Source: Eledone cirrhosa
Taxonomy: Eukaryota
Direction of reading: 5' to 3'
Assembly (NCBI GenBank): GCA_964016885.1
Contig: OZ024742.1
Location: forward strand, 164,858,001-164,922,000
DNA: 64,000 nt
Numbering within the stretch: position 1 is the first letter of the stretch; the number at the start of each line of letters is the position of its first letter. The position numbers and the translations under genes are program-made. This document shows positions 1 through 12,700 of this stretch, one piece after another. The notes under the pieces were generated by a model, which saw only the letters and a program-made list of their open reading frames with translations, was not told the DNA's origin and made no database searches.

Positions 1-87
1 TACAAATTATCTCCCCCTGATTTTTTTTTACGAAGTATCTCCCCCTGATTTTTTTTTACAAATTATCTCCGCCTGATTTTTTTTAAA

Positions 88-212
88 AAATTATCTCCCC
101 TTGAACGGCTGGAAATTATCTCCCCTTGGACGGCTGGAAATTATCTCCCCTTGGACGGCTAGAAATTACCTCTCCTTGGACGGCTGAAAATTATCTCCCA
201 TTGGACGGCTGC
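88..212 (+). repeat. Stereotyped A-block type P (5 x 25 bp), example copy
   Basis: Fixed order of tails GAACGGCTGG, GACGGCTGG, GACGGCTAG, (ACCTCT)GACGGCTGA, GACGGCTGC, followed by a B unit ending TTTAAC. Recurs at about 1237, 2460, 5225, 7726, 13008, 30010 and many more. Confidence 0.93.
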
Positions 213-481
213 AAATTATCTCCCCTTGATTTTTTAACAAATTATCTCCCCCTGATTTTTTTTTACAAATTATCTCCCCCTGATTTTTTTTTACAAATTA
301 TCTACGCCTAATTTTTTTTACAAATTATCTCCCCCTGATTTTTTTTATACAAATTATCTCCCCCTGATTTTTTTTACAAATTATCTCCCCCTGATTTTTT
401 TTTACAAATTATTTCCCCCTGATTTTTTTACAAATTATCTCCCCCCTGATTTTTTTTACAATCTCCGCCTGATTTTTTTAA
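213..481 (+). repeat. B-block (about ten poly-T monomers), example copy
   Basis: Tandem AAATTATCTCCCCCTGA(T)nAC units with recurrent variants CTACGCCTAA, ATTTCCCC, a C6 run and truncated ACAATCTCCGCC. Confidence 0.93.
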
Positions 482-631
482 AAATTATCTTCCCTTGGCT
501 GGCGGGAAATTATCTCCCCTTGGACGGCTGGAAATTATATCCCCTTGGAAGGATGGAAATTATCTCCCCTTGGACGGCTGGAAATTATCTCCCCTTGGAC
601 GGCTGGAAATTATCTCCCCTTGGACAGCTGG
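482..631 (+). repeat. Stereotyped A-block type Q (6 x 25 bp), example copy
   Basis: Begins TCTTCCCTTGGCTGGCGGG, contains ATATCCCCTTGGAAGGATGG, ends GACAGCTGG, followed by CTG(C/T)CCTTGATTTTGTTTTTAC. Recurs near 2866, 3334, 8045, 30415, 34121, 50921 and others. Confidence 0.93.
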
Positions 632-749
632 AAATTATCTGTCCTTGATTTTGTTTTTACAAATTATCTCCCCCTGATTTTTTTTACAAATTATCTCCAC
701 CTGATTTTTTAAAAAATTATCTCCCCTTGGACGGCTGGAAATTATCTCC

Positions 750-3700
750 CCTTGATTTTTTTTACAAATTATCTCCCCCTGATTTTTTTTTACAAATTAT
801 CTCCCCCTGATTTTTTTTTACAAATTATCTCCCCCTGATATTTTTTACAAATTATCTCCCCCTGATTTTTTTACAAATTATCTCCCCTTGGCTGGCTGGA
901 AATTATCTCCCCTTGGAGGCTGGAATTTATCTCCCCTTGGACGGCTAGAAATTACCTCGCCTTGGACGGCTGGAAAATATGTCTCCTTGGACGGCTGGAA
1001 ATTATCTCCCCTTGGACGGCTGGAAATTATCTCCCCTTGGACAGCTGGAAATTATCTCCCCTTGGACGGCTAGATATTACCTCCCCTTGGACGGCTGGAA
1101 ATTATCTCCCCTTGATTTTTTTTACAAATTATCTCCCCCTGATTTTTTTTTACAAATTATCTCCCCCGGATTTTTTTTACGAATTATCTCCCCCCGATTT
1201 TTTTTACAAATTATCTCCGGCTGATTTTTTTTTAAAAATTATCTCCCCTTGAACGGCTGGAAATTATCTCCCCTTGGACGGCTGGAAATTATCTCCCCTT
1301 GGACGGCTAGAAATTACCTCTCCTTGGACGGCTGAAAATTATCTCCCCTTGGACGGCTGCAAATTATCTCCCCTTGATTTTTTAACAAATTATCTCCCCC
1401 TGATTTTTTTTTACAAATTATCTCCCCCTGATTTTTTTTTACAAATTATCTCCCCCTGATTTTTTTTTACAAATTATCTCCCCCTGATTTTTTTACAAAT
1501 TATCTCCCCCTGATTTTTTTTACAATCTCCGCCTGATTTTTTAAAAAATTATCTTCCCTTGGCTGGCGGGAAATTATCTCCCCTTGGACGGCTGGAAATT
1601 ATCTCCCCTTGGACGGCTGGAAATTATCTCCCCTTGGACAGCTGGAAATTATCTGCCCTTGATTTTGTTTTTACAAATTATCTCCCCCTGATTTTTTTTA
1701 CAAATTATCTCCACCTGATTTTTTAAAAAATTATCTCCCCTTGGACGGCTGGAAATTATCTCCCCTTGATTTTTTTACAAATTATCTCCCCCTGATTTTT
1801 TTTACAAATTATCTCCCCCTGATTTTATGTTACAAATTATCTCCCCCTGATTTTTTTACAAATTATCTCCCCCTGATTTTTTTTACAAATTATCTCCGCC
1901 TGATTTTTTTAAATATTATCTTCCCTTGGCTGGCGGGAAATTATCTCCCCTTGGACGGCTGGAAATTATCTCCCCTTGATTTTTTTTACAAATTATCTCC
2001 CCCTGATTTTTTTTTACAAATTATCTCCCCCTGATTTTTTTTTACAAATTATCTCCCCCTGATTTTTTTTTACAAATTATCTCCCCCTGATTTTTTTTTA
2101 CAAATCTCCCCCTGATTTTTTTATAAATTATCTCCCCTTGGCTGGCTGGAAATTATCTCCCCTTGGAGGCTGGAATTTATCTCCCCTTGGACGGCTAGAA
2201 ATTACCTCTCCTTGGATGGCTGGAAAATATGTCTCCTTGGACGGCTGGATATTATCTACCCTTGGACGGCTGGAAATTATCTCCCCTTGGACGGCTGGAA
2301 ATTATCTCCCCTTGGACGGCTAGATATTACCTCCCATTGGACGGCTGGAAATTATCTCCCCTTGATTTTTTTTACTAATTATCTCCCCCTGATTTTTTTT
2401 TACGAATTATCTCCCCCTGATTTTTTTTTACAAATTATCTCCGCCTGATTTTTTTTTTAAAATTATCTCCCCTTGAACGGCTGGAAATTATCTCCCCTTG
2501 GACGGCTGGAAATTATCTCCCCTTGGACGGCTAGAAATTACCTCTCCTTGGACGGCTGAAAATTATCTCCCCTTGGACGGCTGCAAATTATCTCCCCTTG
2601 ATTTTTTTAACAAATTATCTCCCCCTGATTTTTTTTTACAAATTATCTCCCCCTGATTTTTTTTTACAAATTATCTACGCCTAATTTTTTTTACAAATTA
2701 TCTCCCCCTGATTTTTTTTTACAAATTATCTCCCCCTGATTTTTTTTACAAATTATCTCCCCCTGATTTTTTTTACAAATTATCTCCCCCTGATTTTTTT
2801 ACAAATTATCTCCCCCCTGATTTTTTTTACAATCTCCGCCTGATTTTTTTAAAAATTATCTTCCCTTGGCTGGCGGGAAATTATCTCCCCTTGGACGGCT
2901 GGAAATTATATCCCCTTGGAAGGATGGAAATTATCTCCCCTTGGACGGCTGGAAATTATCTCCCCTTGGACGGCTGGAAATTACCTCCCCTTGGACAGCT
3001 GGAAATTATCTGCCCTTGATTTTGTTTTTACAAATTATCTCCCCCTGATTTTTTTTACAAATTATCTCCACCTGATTTTTTTAAAAATTATCTCCCCTTG
3101 GACGGCTGGAAATTATCTCCCCTTGGACGGCTGGAAATTATCTCCCCTTGATTTTTTTTACAAATTATCTCCCCCTGATTTTTTTTTACAAATTATCTCC
3201 CCCTGATTTTTTTTACAAATTATCTCCCCCTGATTTTTTTTTACAAATTATTTCCCCCTGATTTTTTTACAAATTATCTCCCCCCTGATTTTTTTTACAA
3301 TCTCCGCCTGATTTTTTTAAAAATTATCTTCCCTTGGCTGGCGGGAAATTATCTCCCCTTGGACGGCTGGAAATTATATCCCCTTGGAAGGATGGAAATT
3401 ATCTCCCCTTGGACGGCTGGAAATTATCTCCCCTTGGACGGCTGGAAATTATCTCCCCTTGGACAGCTGGAAATTATCTGCCCTTGATTTTGTTTTTACA
3501 AATTATCTCCCCCTGATTTTTTTTACAAATTATCTCCACCTGATTTTTTAAAAAATTATCTCCCCTTGGACGGCTGGAAATTATCTCCCCTTGATTTTTT
3601 TTACAAATTATCTCCCCCTGATTTTTTTTTACAAATTATCTCCCCCTGATTTTTTTTTACAAATTATCTCCCCCTGATTTTTTTTTACAAATTATCTCAC

Positions 3701-6700
3701 CCTGATTTTTTTTACAAATTATCTCTCCCTGATTTTTTTACAAATTATCTCCCCTTGGCTGGCTGGAAATTATCTCCCCTTGGAGGCTGGAATTTATCTC
3801 CCCTTGGACGGCTAGAAATTACCTCTCCTTGGACGGCTGGAAAATATGTCTCCTTGGACGGCTGGATATTATCTACCCTTGGACGGCTGGAAATTATCTC
3901 CCCTTGGACGGCTGGAAATTATCTCCTCTTGGACGGCTAGATATTACCTCCCCTTGGACGGCTGGAAATTATCTCCCCTTGATTTTTTTACAAATTATCT
4001 CCCCCTGATTTTTTTACAAATTATCTCCCCCTGATTTTTTTTACAAATTATCTCCGCCTAATTTTTTTAAATATTATCTTCCCTTGGCTGGCGGGAAATT
4101 ATCTCCCCTTGGACGGCTGAAAATTATCTCCCCTTGGACGGCTGGAATTTATCTCCCCTTGGACGGCTAGAAATTACCTCTCCTTGGAAGGCTGGAAAAT
4201 ATGTCCTTGGACGGCTGGATATTATCTACCCTTGGACGGCTGGAAATTATCTCCCCTTGGACGGCTGGAAATTATCTCCCCTTGGACGGCTAGATATTAC
4301 CTCCCCTTGGACGGCTGAAAATTATCTCCCCTTGGACGGCTGGAAATTATCTCCCCTTGATTTTTTTTACAAATTATCTCCCCCTGATTATTTTTTACAA
4401 ATTATCCCCTGATTTTTTTTTTACAAATTATCTCCCCCTGATTTTTTTTACAAATTATCTCCCCCTGATTTTTTTACAAATTATCTCCCCTTGGCTGGCT
4501 GGAAATTATCTCCCATTGGAGGCTGGAATTTATCTCCCCTTGGACGGTTAGAAATTACCTCCCCTTGGACGGCTGAAAAATATGTCTCCTTGGACGGCTG
4601 GAAATTATCGCCCCTTGGACGGCTGGAAATTATCTCCCCTTGGACGGCTGGAAATTATCTCTCATCGGACGGCTAGAAATTACTTCTCCTTGGACAGCTG
4701 AAAATTATCTCCCCTTGGACGGCTGGAAATTATCTCCCCTTGATTTTTTTTACAAATTATCTCCCCCTGATTTTTTTTTACAAATTATCTCCCCCTGATT
4801 TTTTTTACAAATTATCTCCCCCTGATTTTTTTTTACAAATTATCTCCCCCTGATATTTTTTACAAATTATCTCCCCCTGATTTTTTTACAAATTATCTCC
4901 CCTTGGCTGGCTGGAAATTATCTCCCCTTGGAGGCTGGAATTTATCTCCCCTTGGACGGCTAGAAATTACCTCGCCTTGGACGGCTGGAAAATATGTCTC
5001 CTTGGACGGCTGGAAATTATCTCCCCTTGGACGGCTGGAAATTATCTCCCCTTGGACAGCTGGAAATTATCTCCCCTTGGACGGCTAGATATTACCTCCC
5101 CTTGGACGGCTGGAAATTATCTCCCCTTGATTTTTTTTACAAATTATCTCCCCCTGATTTTTTTTTACAAATTATCTCCCCCTGATTTTTTTTTACGAAT
5201 TATCTCCCCCCGATTTTTTTTTACAAATTATCTCCCCTTGAACGGCTGGAAATTATCTCCCCTTGGACGGCTGGAAATTATCTCCCCTTGGACGGCTAGA
5301 AATTACCTCTCCTTGGACGGCTGAAAATTATCTCCCCTTGGACGGCTGCAAATTATCTCCCCTTGATTTTTTAACAAATTATCTCCCCCTGATTTTTTTT
5401 TACAAATTATCTCCCCCTGATTTTTTTTTACAAATTATCTCCCCCTGATTTTTTTTTACAAATTATCTCCCCCTGATTTTTTTACAAATTATCTCCCCCT
5501 GATTTTTTTTACAATCTCCGCCTGATTTTTTAAAAAATTATCTTCCCTTGGCTGGCGGGAAATTATCTCCCCTTGGACGGCTGGAAATCATCTCCCCTTG
5601 GAGGGCTGGAAATTATCTCCCCTTGGACAGCTGGAAATTATCTGCCCTTGATTTTGTTTTTACAAATTATCTCCCCCTGATTTTTTTTACAAATTATCTC
5701 CACCTGATTTTTTAAAAAATTATCTCCCCTTGGACGGCTGGAAATTATCTCCCCTTGATTTTTTTACAAATTATCTCCCCCTGATTTTTTTTACAAATTA
5801 TCTCCCCCTGATTTTATGTTACAAATTATCTCCCCCTGATTTTTTTACAAATTATCTCCCCCTGATTTTTTTTACAAATTATCTCCGCCTGATTTTTTTA
5901 AATATTATCTTCCCTTGGCTGGCGGGAAATTATCTCCCCTTGGACGGCTGGAAATTATCTCCCCTTGATTTTTTTTACAAATTATCTCCCCCTGATTTTT
6001 TTTTACAAATTATCTCCCCCTGATTTTTTTTTACAAATTATCTCCCCCTGATTTTTTTTACAAATTATCTCCCCCTGATTTTTTTTTACAAATCTCCCCC
6101 TGATTTTTTTATAAATTATCTCCCCTTGGCTGGCTGGAAATTATCTCCCCTTGGAGGCTGGAATTTATCTCCCCTTGGACGGCTAGAAATTACCTCTCCT
6201 TGGATGGCTGGAAAATATGTCTCCTTGGACGGCTGGATATTATCTACCCTTGGACGGCTGGAAATTATCTCCCCTTGGACGGCTGGAAATTATCTCCCCT
6301 TGGACGGCTAGATATTACCTCCCATTGGACGGCTGGAAATTATCTCCCCTTGATTTTTTTTACAAATTATCTCCCCCTGATTTTTTTTTACGAATTATCT
6401 CCCCCTGATTTTTTTTTACAAATTATCTCCGCCTGATTTTTTTTTTTAAATTATCTCCCCTTGAACGGCTGGAAATTATCTCCCCTTGGACGGCTGGAAA
6501 TTATCTCCCCTTGGACGGCTAGAAATTACCTCTCCTTGGACGGCTGAAAATTATCTCCCCTTGGACGGCTGCAAATTATCTCCCCTTGATTTTTTTAACA
6601 AATTATCTCCCCCTGATTTTTTTTTACAAATTATCTCCCCCTGATTTTTTTTACAAATTATCTACGCCTAATTTTTTTTACAAATTATCTTCCCCTGATT
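750..6700 (+). repeat. ~4.0-kb higher-order repeat (about 1.5 copies); same segment recurs at ~32.0-38.1 kb
   Basis: Matching pseudo-ORFs 1274/5263, 1741/5730 and 2138/6126 (offset ~3989). Also 1274/32529, 1741/32996, 2138/33393, 2866/34121, 3334/34589, 3755/35010 (offset 31255). Confidence 0.85.
875..1098 (+). repeat. Stereotyped A-block type R (9 units here; 10 in a sub-variant), example copy
   Basis: Fixed order GGCTGGCTGG, GGAGGCTGG (24-bp unit)/AATTT, CTAG/ACCTC, AAAATATGTC(TC)C, plain units, CTAGATATTACC. It is the source of all MAGWKLSPLGGWNL pseudo-ORFs (888, 2138, 3755, 4491, 4903 and others). Confidence 0.93.
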
Positions 6701-9700
6701 TTTTTTTACAAATTATCTCCCCCTGATTTTTTTAAATATTATCTTCCCTTGGCTGGCGGGAAATTATCTCCCCTTGGACGGCTGAAAATTATCTCTCCTT
6801 GGACGGCTGGAAATTATCTCCCCTTGATTTTTTTTACAAATTATCTCCCCCTGATTATTTTTTACAAATTATCTCCCCCTGATTTTTTTTTACAAATTAT
6901 CTCCCCCTGATTTTTTTTACAAATTATCTCCCCCTGATTTTTTTACAAATTATCTCCCCTTGGCTGGCTGGAAATTATCTCCCCTTGGAGGCTGGAATTT
7001 ATCTCCCCTTGGACGGTTAGAAATTACCTCTCCTTGGACGGCTGGAAAATATGTCTCCTTGGACGGCTGGAAATTATCGCCCCTTGGACGGCTGGAAATT
7101 ATCTCCCCTTGGACGGCTGGAAATTATCTCTCCTCGGACGGCTAGAAATTACCTCTCCTTGGACAGCTGAAAATTATCTCCCCTTGGACGGCTGGAAATT
7201 ATCTCCCCTTGATTTTTTTTACAAATTATCTCCCCCTGATTTTTTTTTACAAATTATCTCCCCCTGATTTTTTTTTACAAATTATCTCCCCCTGATTTTT
7301 TTTTACAAATTATCTCCCCCTGATATTTTTTACAAATTATCTCCCCCTGATTTTTTTACAAATTATCTCCCCTTGGCTGGCTGGAAATTATCTCCCCTTG
7401 GAGGCTGGAATTTATCTCCCCTTAGACGGCTAGAAATTACCTCGCCTTGGACGGCTGGAAAATATGTCTCCTTGGACGGCTGGAAATTATCTCCCCTTGG
7501 ACGGCTGGAAATTATCTCCCCTTGGACGGCTGGAAATTATCTCCCCTTGGACGGCTAGATATTACCTCCCCTTGGACGGCTGGAAATTATCTCCCCTTGA
7601 TTTTTTTTACAAATTATCTCCCCCTGATTTTTTTTTACAAATTATCTCCCCCTGATTTTTTTTTACGAATTATCTCCCCCCGATTTTTTTTTACAAATTA
7701 TCTCCGCCTGATTTTTTTAAAAAAATTATCTCCCCTTGAACGGCTGGAAATTATCTCCCCTTGGACGGCTGGAAATTATCTCCCCTTGGACGGCTAGAAA
7801 TTACCTCTCCTTGGACGGCTGAAAATTATCTCCCCTTGGACGGCTGCAAATTATCTCCCCTTGATATTTAACAAATTATCTCCCCCTGATTTTTTTTTAC
7901 AAATTATCTCCCCCTGATTTTTTTTTACAAATTATCTCCCCCTGATTTTTTTTTACAAATTATCTCCCCCTGATTTTTTTACAAATTATCTCCCCCTGAT
8001 TTTTTTTACAATCTCCGCCTGATTTTTTTAAAAATTATCTTCCCTTGGCTGGCGGGCAATTATCTCCCCTTGGACGGCTGGAAATTATATCCCCTTGGAA
8101 GGATGGAAATTATCTCCCCTTGGACGGCTGGAAATTATCTCCCCTTGGACGGCTGGAAATTATCTCCCCTTGGACAGCTGGAAATTATCTGCCCTTGATT
8201 TTGTTTTTACAAATTATCTCCCCCTGATTTTTTTTACAAATTATCTCCACCTGATTTTTTAAAAAATTATCTCCCCTTGGACGGCTGGAAATTATCTCCC
8301 CTTGATTTTTTTACAAATTATCTCCCCCTGATTTTTTTTACAAATTATCTCCCCCTGATTTTTTGTTACAAATTATCTCCCCCTGATTTTTTTAAAAATT
8401 ATCTCCCCCTGATTTTTTTTACAAATTATCTCCGCCTGATTTTTTTAAATATTATCTTCCCTTGGCTGGCGGGAAATTATCTCCCCTTGGACGGCTGAAA
8501 ATTATCTCCCCTTGGACGGCTGGAAATTATCTCCCCTTGATTTTTTTACAAATTATCTCCCCCTGATTTTTTTTTACAAATTATCTCCCCCTGATTTTTT
8601 TTACAAATTATCTCCCCCTGATTTTTTTTTACAAATTATCTCCCCCTGATTTTTTTTTACAAATTATCTCCCCCTGATTTTTTTACAAATTATCTCCCCT
8701 TGGCTAGCTGGAAATTATCTCCCCTTGGAGGCTGGAATTTATCTCCCCTTGGACGGCTAGAAATTACCTCTCCTTGGACGGCTGGAAAATATGTCTCCTT
8801 GGACGGCTGGATATTATCTACCCCTGGACGGCTGGAAATTATCTCCCCTTGGACGGCTGGAAATTATCTCCCCTTGGACGGCTAGATATTACCTCCCCTT
8901 GGACGGCTGGAAATTATCTCCCCTTGATTTTTTTTACAAATTATCTCCCCCTGATTTTTTTTTACGAATTATCTCCCCCTGATTTTTTTTTACAAATTAT
9001 CTCCGCCTGATTTTTTTTTTAAATTATCTCCCCTTGAACGGCTGGAAATTATCTCCCCTTGGACGGCTGGAAATTATCTCCCCTTGGACGGCTAGAAATT
9101 ACCTCTCCTTGGACGGCTGAAAATTATCTCCCCTTGGACGGCTGCAAATTATCTCCCCTTGATTTTTTTAACAAATTATCTCCCCCTGATTTTTTTTTAC
9201 AAATTATCTCCCCCTGATTTTTTTTTACAAATTATCTACGCCTAATTTTTTTTACAAATTATCTCCCCCTGATTTTTTTTTACAAATTATCTCCCCCTGA
9301 TTTTTTTTACAAATTATCTCCCCCTGATTTTTTTTTACAAATTATCTCCCCCTGATTTTTTTACAAATTATCTCCCCCCTGAATTTTTTTACAATCTCCG
9401 CCTGATTTTTTTAAAAATTATCTTCCCTTGGCTGGCAGGAAATTATCTCCCCTTGGTCGGCTGGAAATTATATCCCCTTGGAAGGATGGAAATTATCTCC
9501 CCTTGGACGGCTGGAAATTATCTCCCCTTGGACGGCTGGAAATTACCTCCCCTTGGACAGCTGGAAATTATCTGCCCTTGATTTTGTTTTTACAAATTAT
9601 CTCCCCCTGATTTTTTTTACAAATTATCTCCACCTGATTTTTTAAAAAATTATCTCCCCTTGATTTTTTTACAAATTATCTCCCCCTGATTTTTTTTACA

Positions 9701-12700
9701 AATTATCTCCCCCTGATTTTTTTTTTACAAATTATCTCCCCCTGATTTTTTTACAAATTATCTCCCCCTGATTTTTTTTACAAATTATCTCCGCCTGATT
9801 TTTTTTACAAATTATCTCCCCTTGGCTGGCTGGAAATTATCTCCCCTTGGAGGCTGGAATTTATCTCCCCTTGGACGGCTAGAAATTACCTCTCCTTGGA
9901 CGGCTGGAAAATATGTCCTTGGACGGCTGGATATTATCTACCCTTGGACGGCTGGAAATTATCTCCCCTTGGACGGCTGGAAATTATCTCCCCTTGGAGG
10001 CTGGAATTTATCTCCCCTTGGACGGCTAGAAATTACCTCTCCTTGGACGGCTGGAAAATATGTCCTTGGACGGCTGGATATTACCTCCCCTTGGACGGCT
10101 GGAAATTATCTCCCCTTGATTTTTTTTACAAATTATCTCCCCCTGATTTTTTTTACAAATCTAATGATTTTAAAAAAAAAATTATCTCCCCTTCGCTGGC
10201 TGGAAATTATCTCCCCTTCGCTGGCTGGAAATTATCTCCCCTTGGACGCTGGAAATTATAGCCCCTTGGAGGGCTGGAAATTATCTTCCCTTGGACGGCT
10301 GGAAATTATCTCCCCTTGGCTCGAAATTATCTCCCCTTGGACGGCTAGAAATTATCTCTCTTTGGACGGCTGGAAATTATCTCCCTTTGATTTTTTTTAC
10401 AAATTATCTCCCCCTGATTTTTTTTACAAATCTCCCCCTGATTTTTTAAAAAAAATTATCTCCCCTTCGCTGGCTGGAAATTATCTCCCCTTGGACACTG
10501 GAAATTATAGCCCCTTGGAGGGCTGGAAATTATCTTCCCTTGGACGGCTGGAAATTATCTCTGCTTGATTTTTTTTACAAATTATCTCCCCCTGATTTTT
10601 TTTTACAAATTATCCCCCCCGATTTTTTTTACAAATTATCTCCCCCTGATTTTTTTTACAAATTATCTCCCCTTGGACGGCTGGAAATTATCTCCCCTTG
10701 GACGGCTGGAAATTATCTCCCCTTGGACGGCTAGAAATTACCTCTCCTTGGACGACTGAAAATTATCTCCCCTTGGACGGCTGCAAATTATCTCCCCTTG
10801 ATTTTTTTTACAAATTATCTCCGCCTGATTTTTTTTTAAAAATTATCTCCCCTTGGACGGCTGGAAATTACCTCCCCTTGGACGGCTGGAAATTATCTCC
10901 CCTTGGACGGCTAGAAATTACCTCTCATTGGACGGCTGAAAATTATCTCCCCTTGGACGGCTGGAAATTATCTCCCCTTGATTTTTTTTACAAATTATCT
11001 CCCCCTGATTTTTTTTTACAAATTATCTCCCCCTGATTTTTTTTTTACAAATTATCTCCGCCTGATTTTTTTTTAAAATTATCTCTCCTTGGACGGCTGG
11101 ATATTATCTCCCCTTTCATTTTTTTTACAAATTATCTCCCCCTGATTTTTTTTTACAAATTATCTCCCCCTGATTTTTTTTTTACAAATTATCTACCCCT
11201 AATTTTTTTTTACAAATTATCTCCCCCTGATTTTTTTTACAAATTATCTCCCCCTGATTTTTTTTTTACAAATTATCTCCCCCTGATTTTTTTACAATCT
11301 CCCCCTGATTTTTTTTACAAATTATCTCCGCCTGATTTTTTTAAATATTATCTTCTCTTGGCTGGCGGGAAATTATCTCCCCTTGGACGGCTGAAAATTT
11401 TCTCCCCTTGGACGGCTGGAAATTATCTCCCCTTGATTTTTTTTACAAATTATCTCCCCCTGATTTTTTTTTACAAATTATCTCCCCCTGATTTTTTTTA
11501 CAAATTATCTCCCCCTGATTTTTTTTTACAAATTATCTCCCCCTGATTTTTTTTACAAATTATCTCCCCCTGATTTTTTTACAAATTATCTCCCCTTGGC
11601 TGGCTGGAAATTATCTCCCCTTGGAGGCTGGAATTTATCTCCCCTTGGACGGCTAGAAATTACCTCTCCTTGGACGGCTGGAAAATATGTCCTTGGACGG
11701 CTGGATATTATCTACCCTTGGACGGCTGGAAATTATCTCCCCTTGGACGGCTGGAAATTATCTCCCCTTGGACGGCTAGATATTACCTCCCCTTGGACGG
11801 CTGGAAATTATCTCCCCTTGATTTTTTTTACAAATTATCCCCCCCTGATTTTTTTTTACAAATTATCTCCCCCTGATTTTTTTTTACAAATTATCTACCC
11901 CTGATTTTTTTTTACAAATTATCTCCCCCTAATTTTTTTTACAAATTATCTCTCCCTGATTTTTTTTTACAAATTATCTCCCCCTGATTTTTTTTTACAA
12001 ATTATCTACCCCTGATTTTTTTTTACAAATTATCTCCCCCTGATTTTTTTTACAAATTATCTCCCCCTGATTTTTTTACAAATTATCTCCCCCCGATTTT
12101 TTTTACAAATTATCTCCGCCTAATTTTTTTAAATATTATCTTCCCTTGGCTGGCGGGAAATTATCTCCCCTTGGACGGCTGAAAATTATCTCCCCTTGGA
12201 CGGCTGGAAATTATCTCCCCTTGATTTTTTTACAAATTATCTCCCCCTGATTATTTTTTACAAATTATCTCCCCCTGATTTTTTTTTACAAATTATCTCC
12301 CTCTGATTTTTTTTACAAATTATCTCCCCTTGGCTGGCTGGAAATTATCTCCCCTTGGAGGCTGGAATTTATCTCCACTTGGACGGTTAGAAATTACCTC
12401 TCCTTGGACTGCTGGAAAATATGTCTCCTTGGACGGCTGGAAATTATCTCCCCTTGGACGGCTGGAAATTATCTCCCCTTGGACGGCTGGAAATTATCTC
12501 TCCTCGGACGACTAGAAATTACCTCTCCTTGGACAGCTGAAAATTATCTCCCCTTGGACGGCTGGAAATTATCTCCCCTTGATTTTTTTTACAAATTATC
12601 TCCCCCCGATTTTTTTTTACAAATTATCTCCCCCTGATTTTTTTTTACAAATTATCTCCCCCTGATTTTTTTTACAAATTATCTCCCCCTGATATTTTTT

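Noticed and set aside
111-130. Mini inverted repeats GGA…TCC and TCC…GGA in monomer A
   Set aside because: 3-bp stems are too short to support a hairpin or dyad claim.
213-481. Poly-T tracts as intrinsic or Pol III terminators
   Set aside because: No preceding GC hairpin and no upstream gene; they are just the B monomer tail.
495-506. Chi-like GCTGGCGG / GCTGGCTGG at block starts
   Set aside because: Not the E. coli Chi GCTGGTGG. These are simple variants of the A tail propagated by duplication, and nothing indicates a bacterial context.
9822-10568. Longest ORF (248 aa; 240-aa paralog at 20231)
   Set aside because: Chance read-through of repeat units. The third copy at 21821 is cut at 116 aa by a T>A change giving a stop, and there is no domain-like content.
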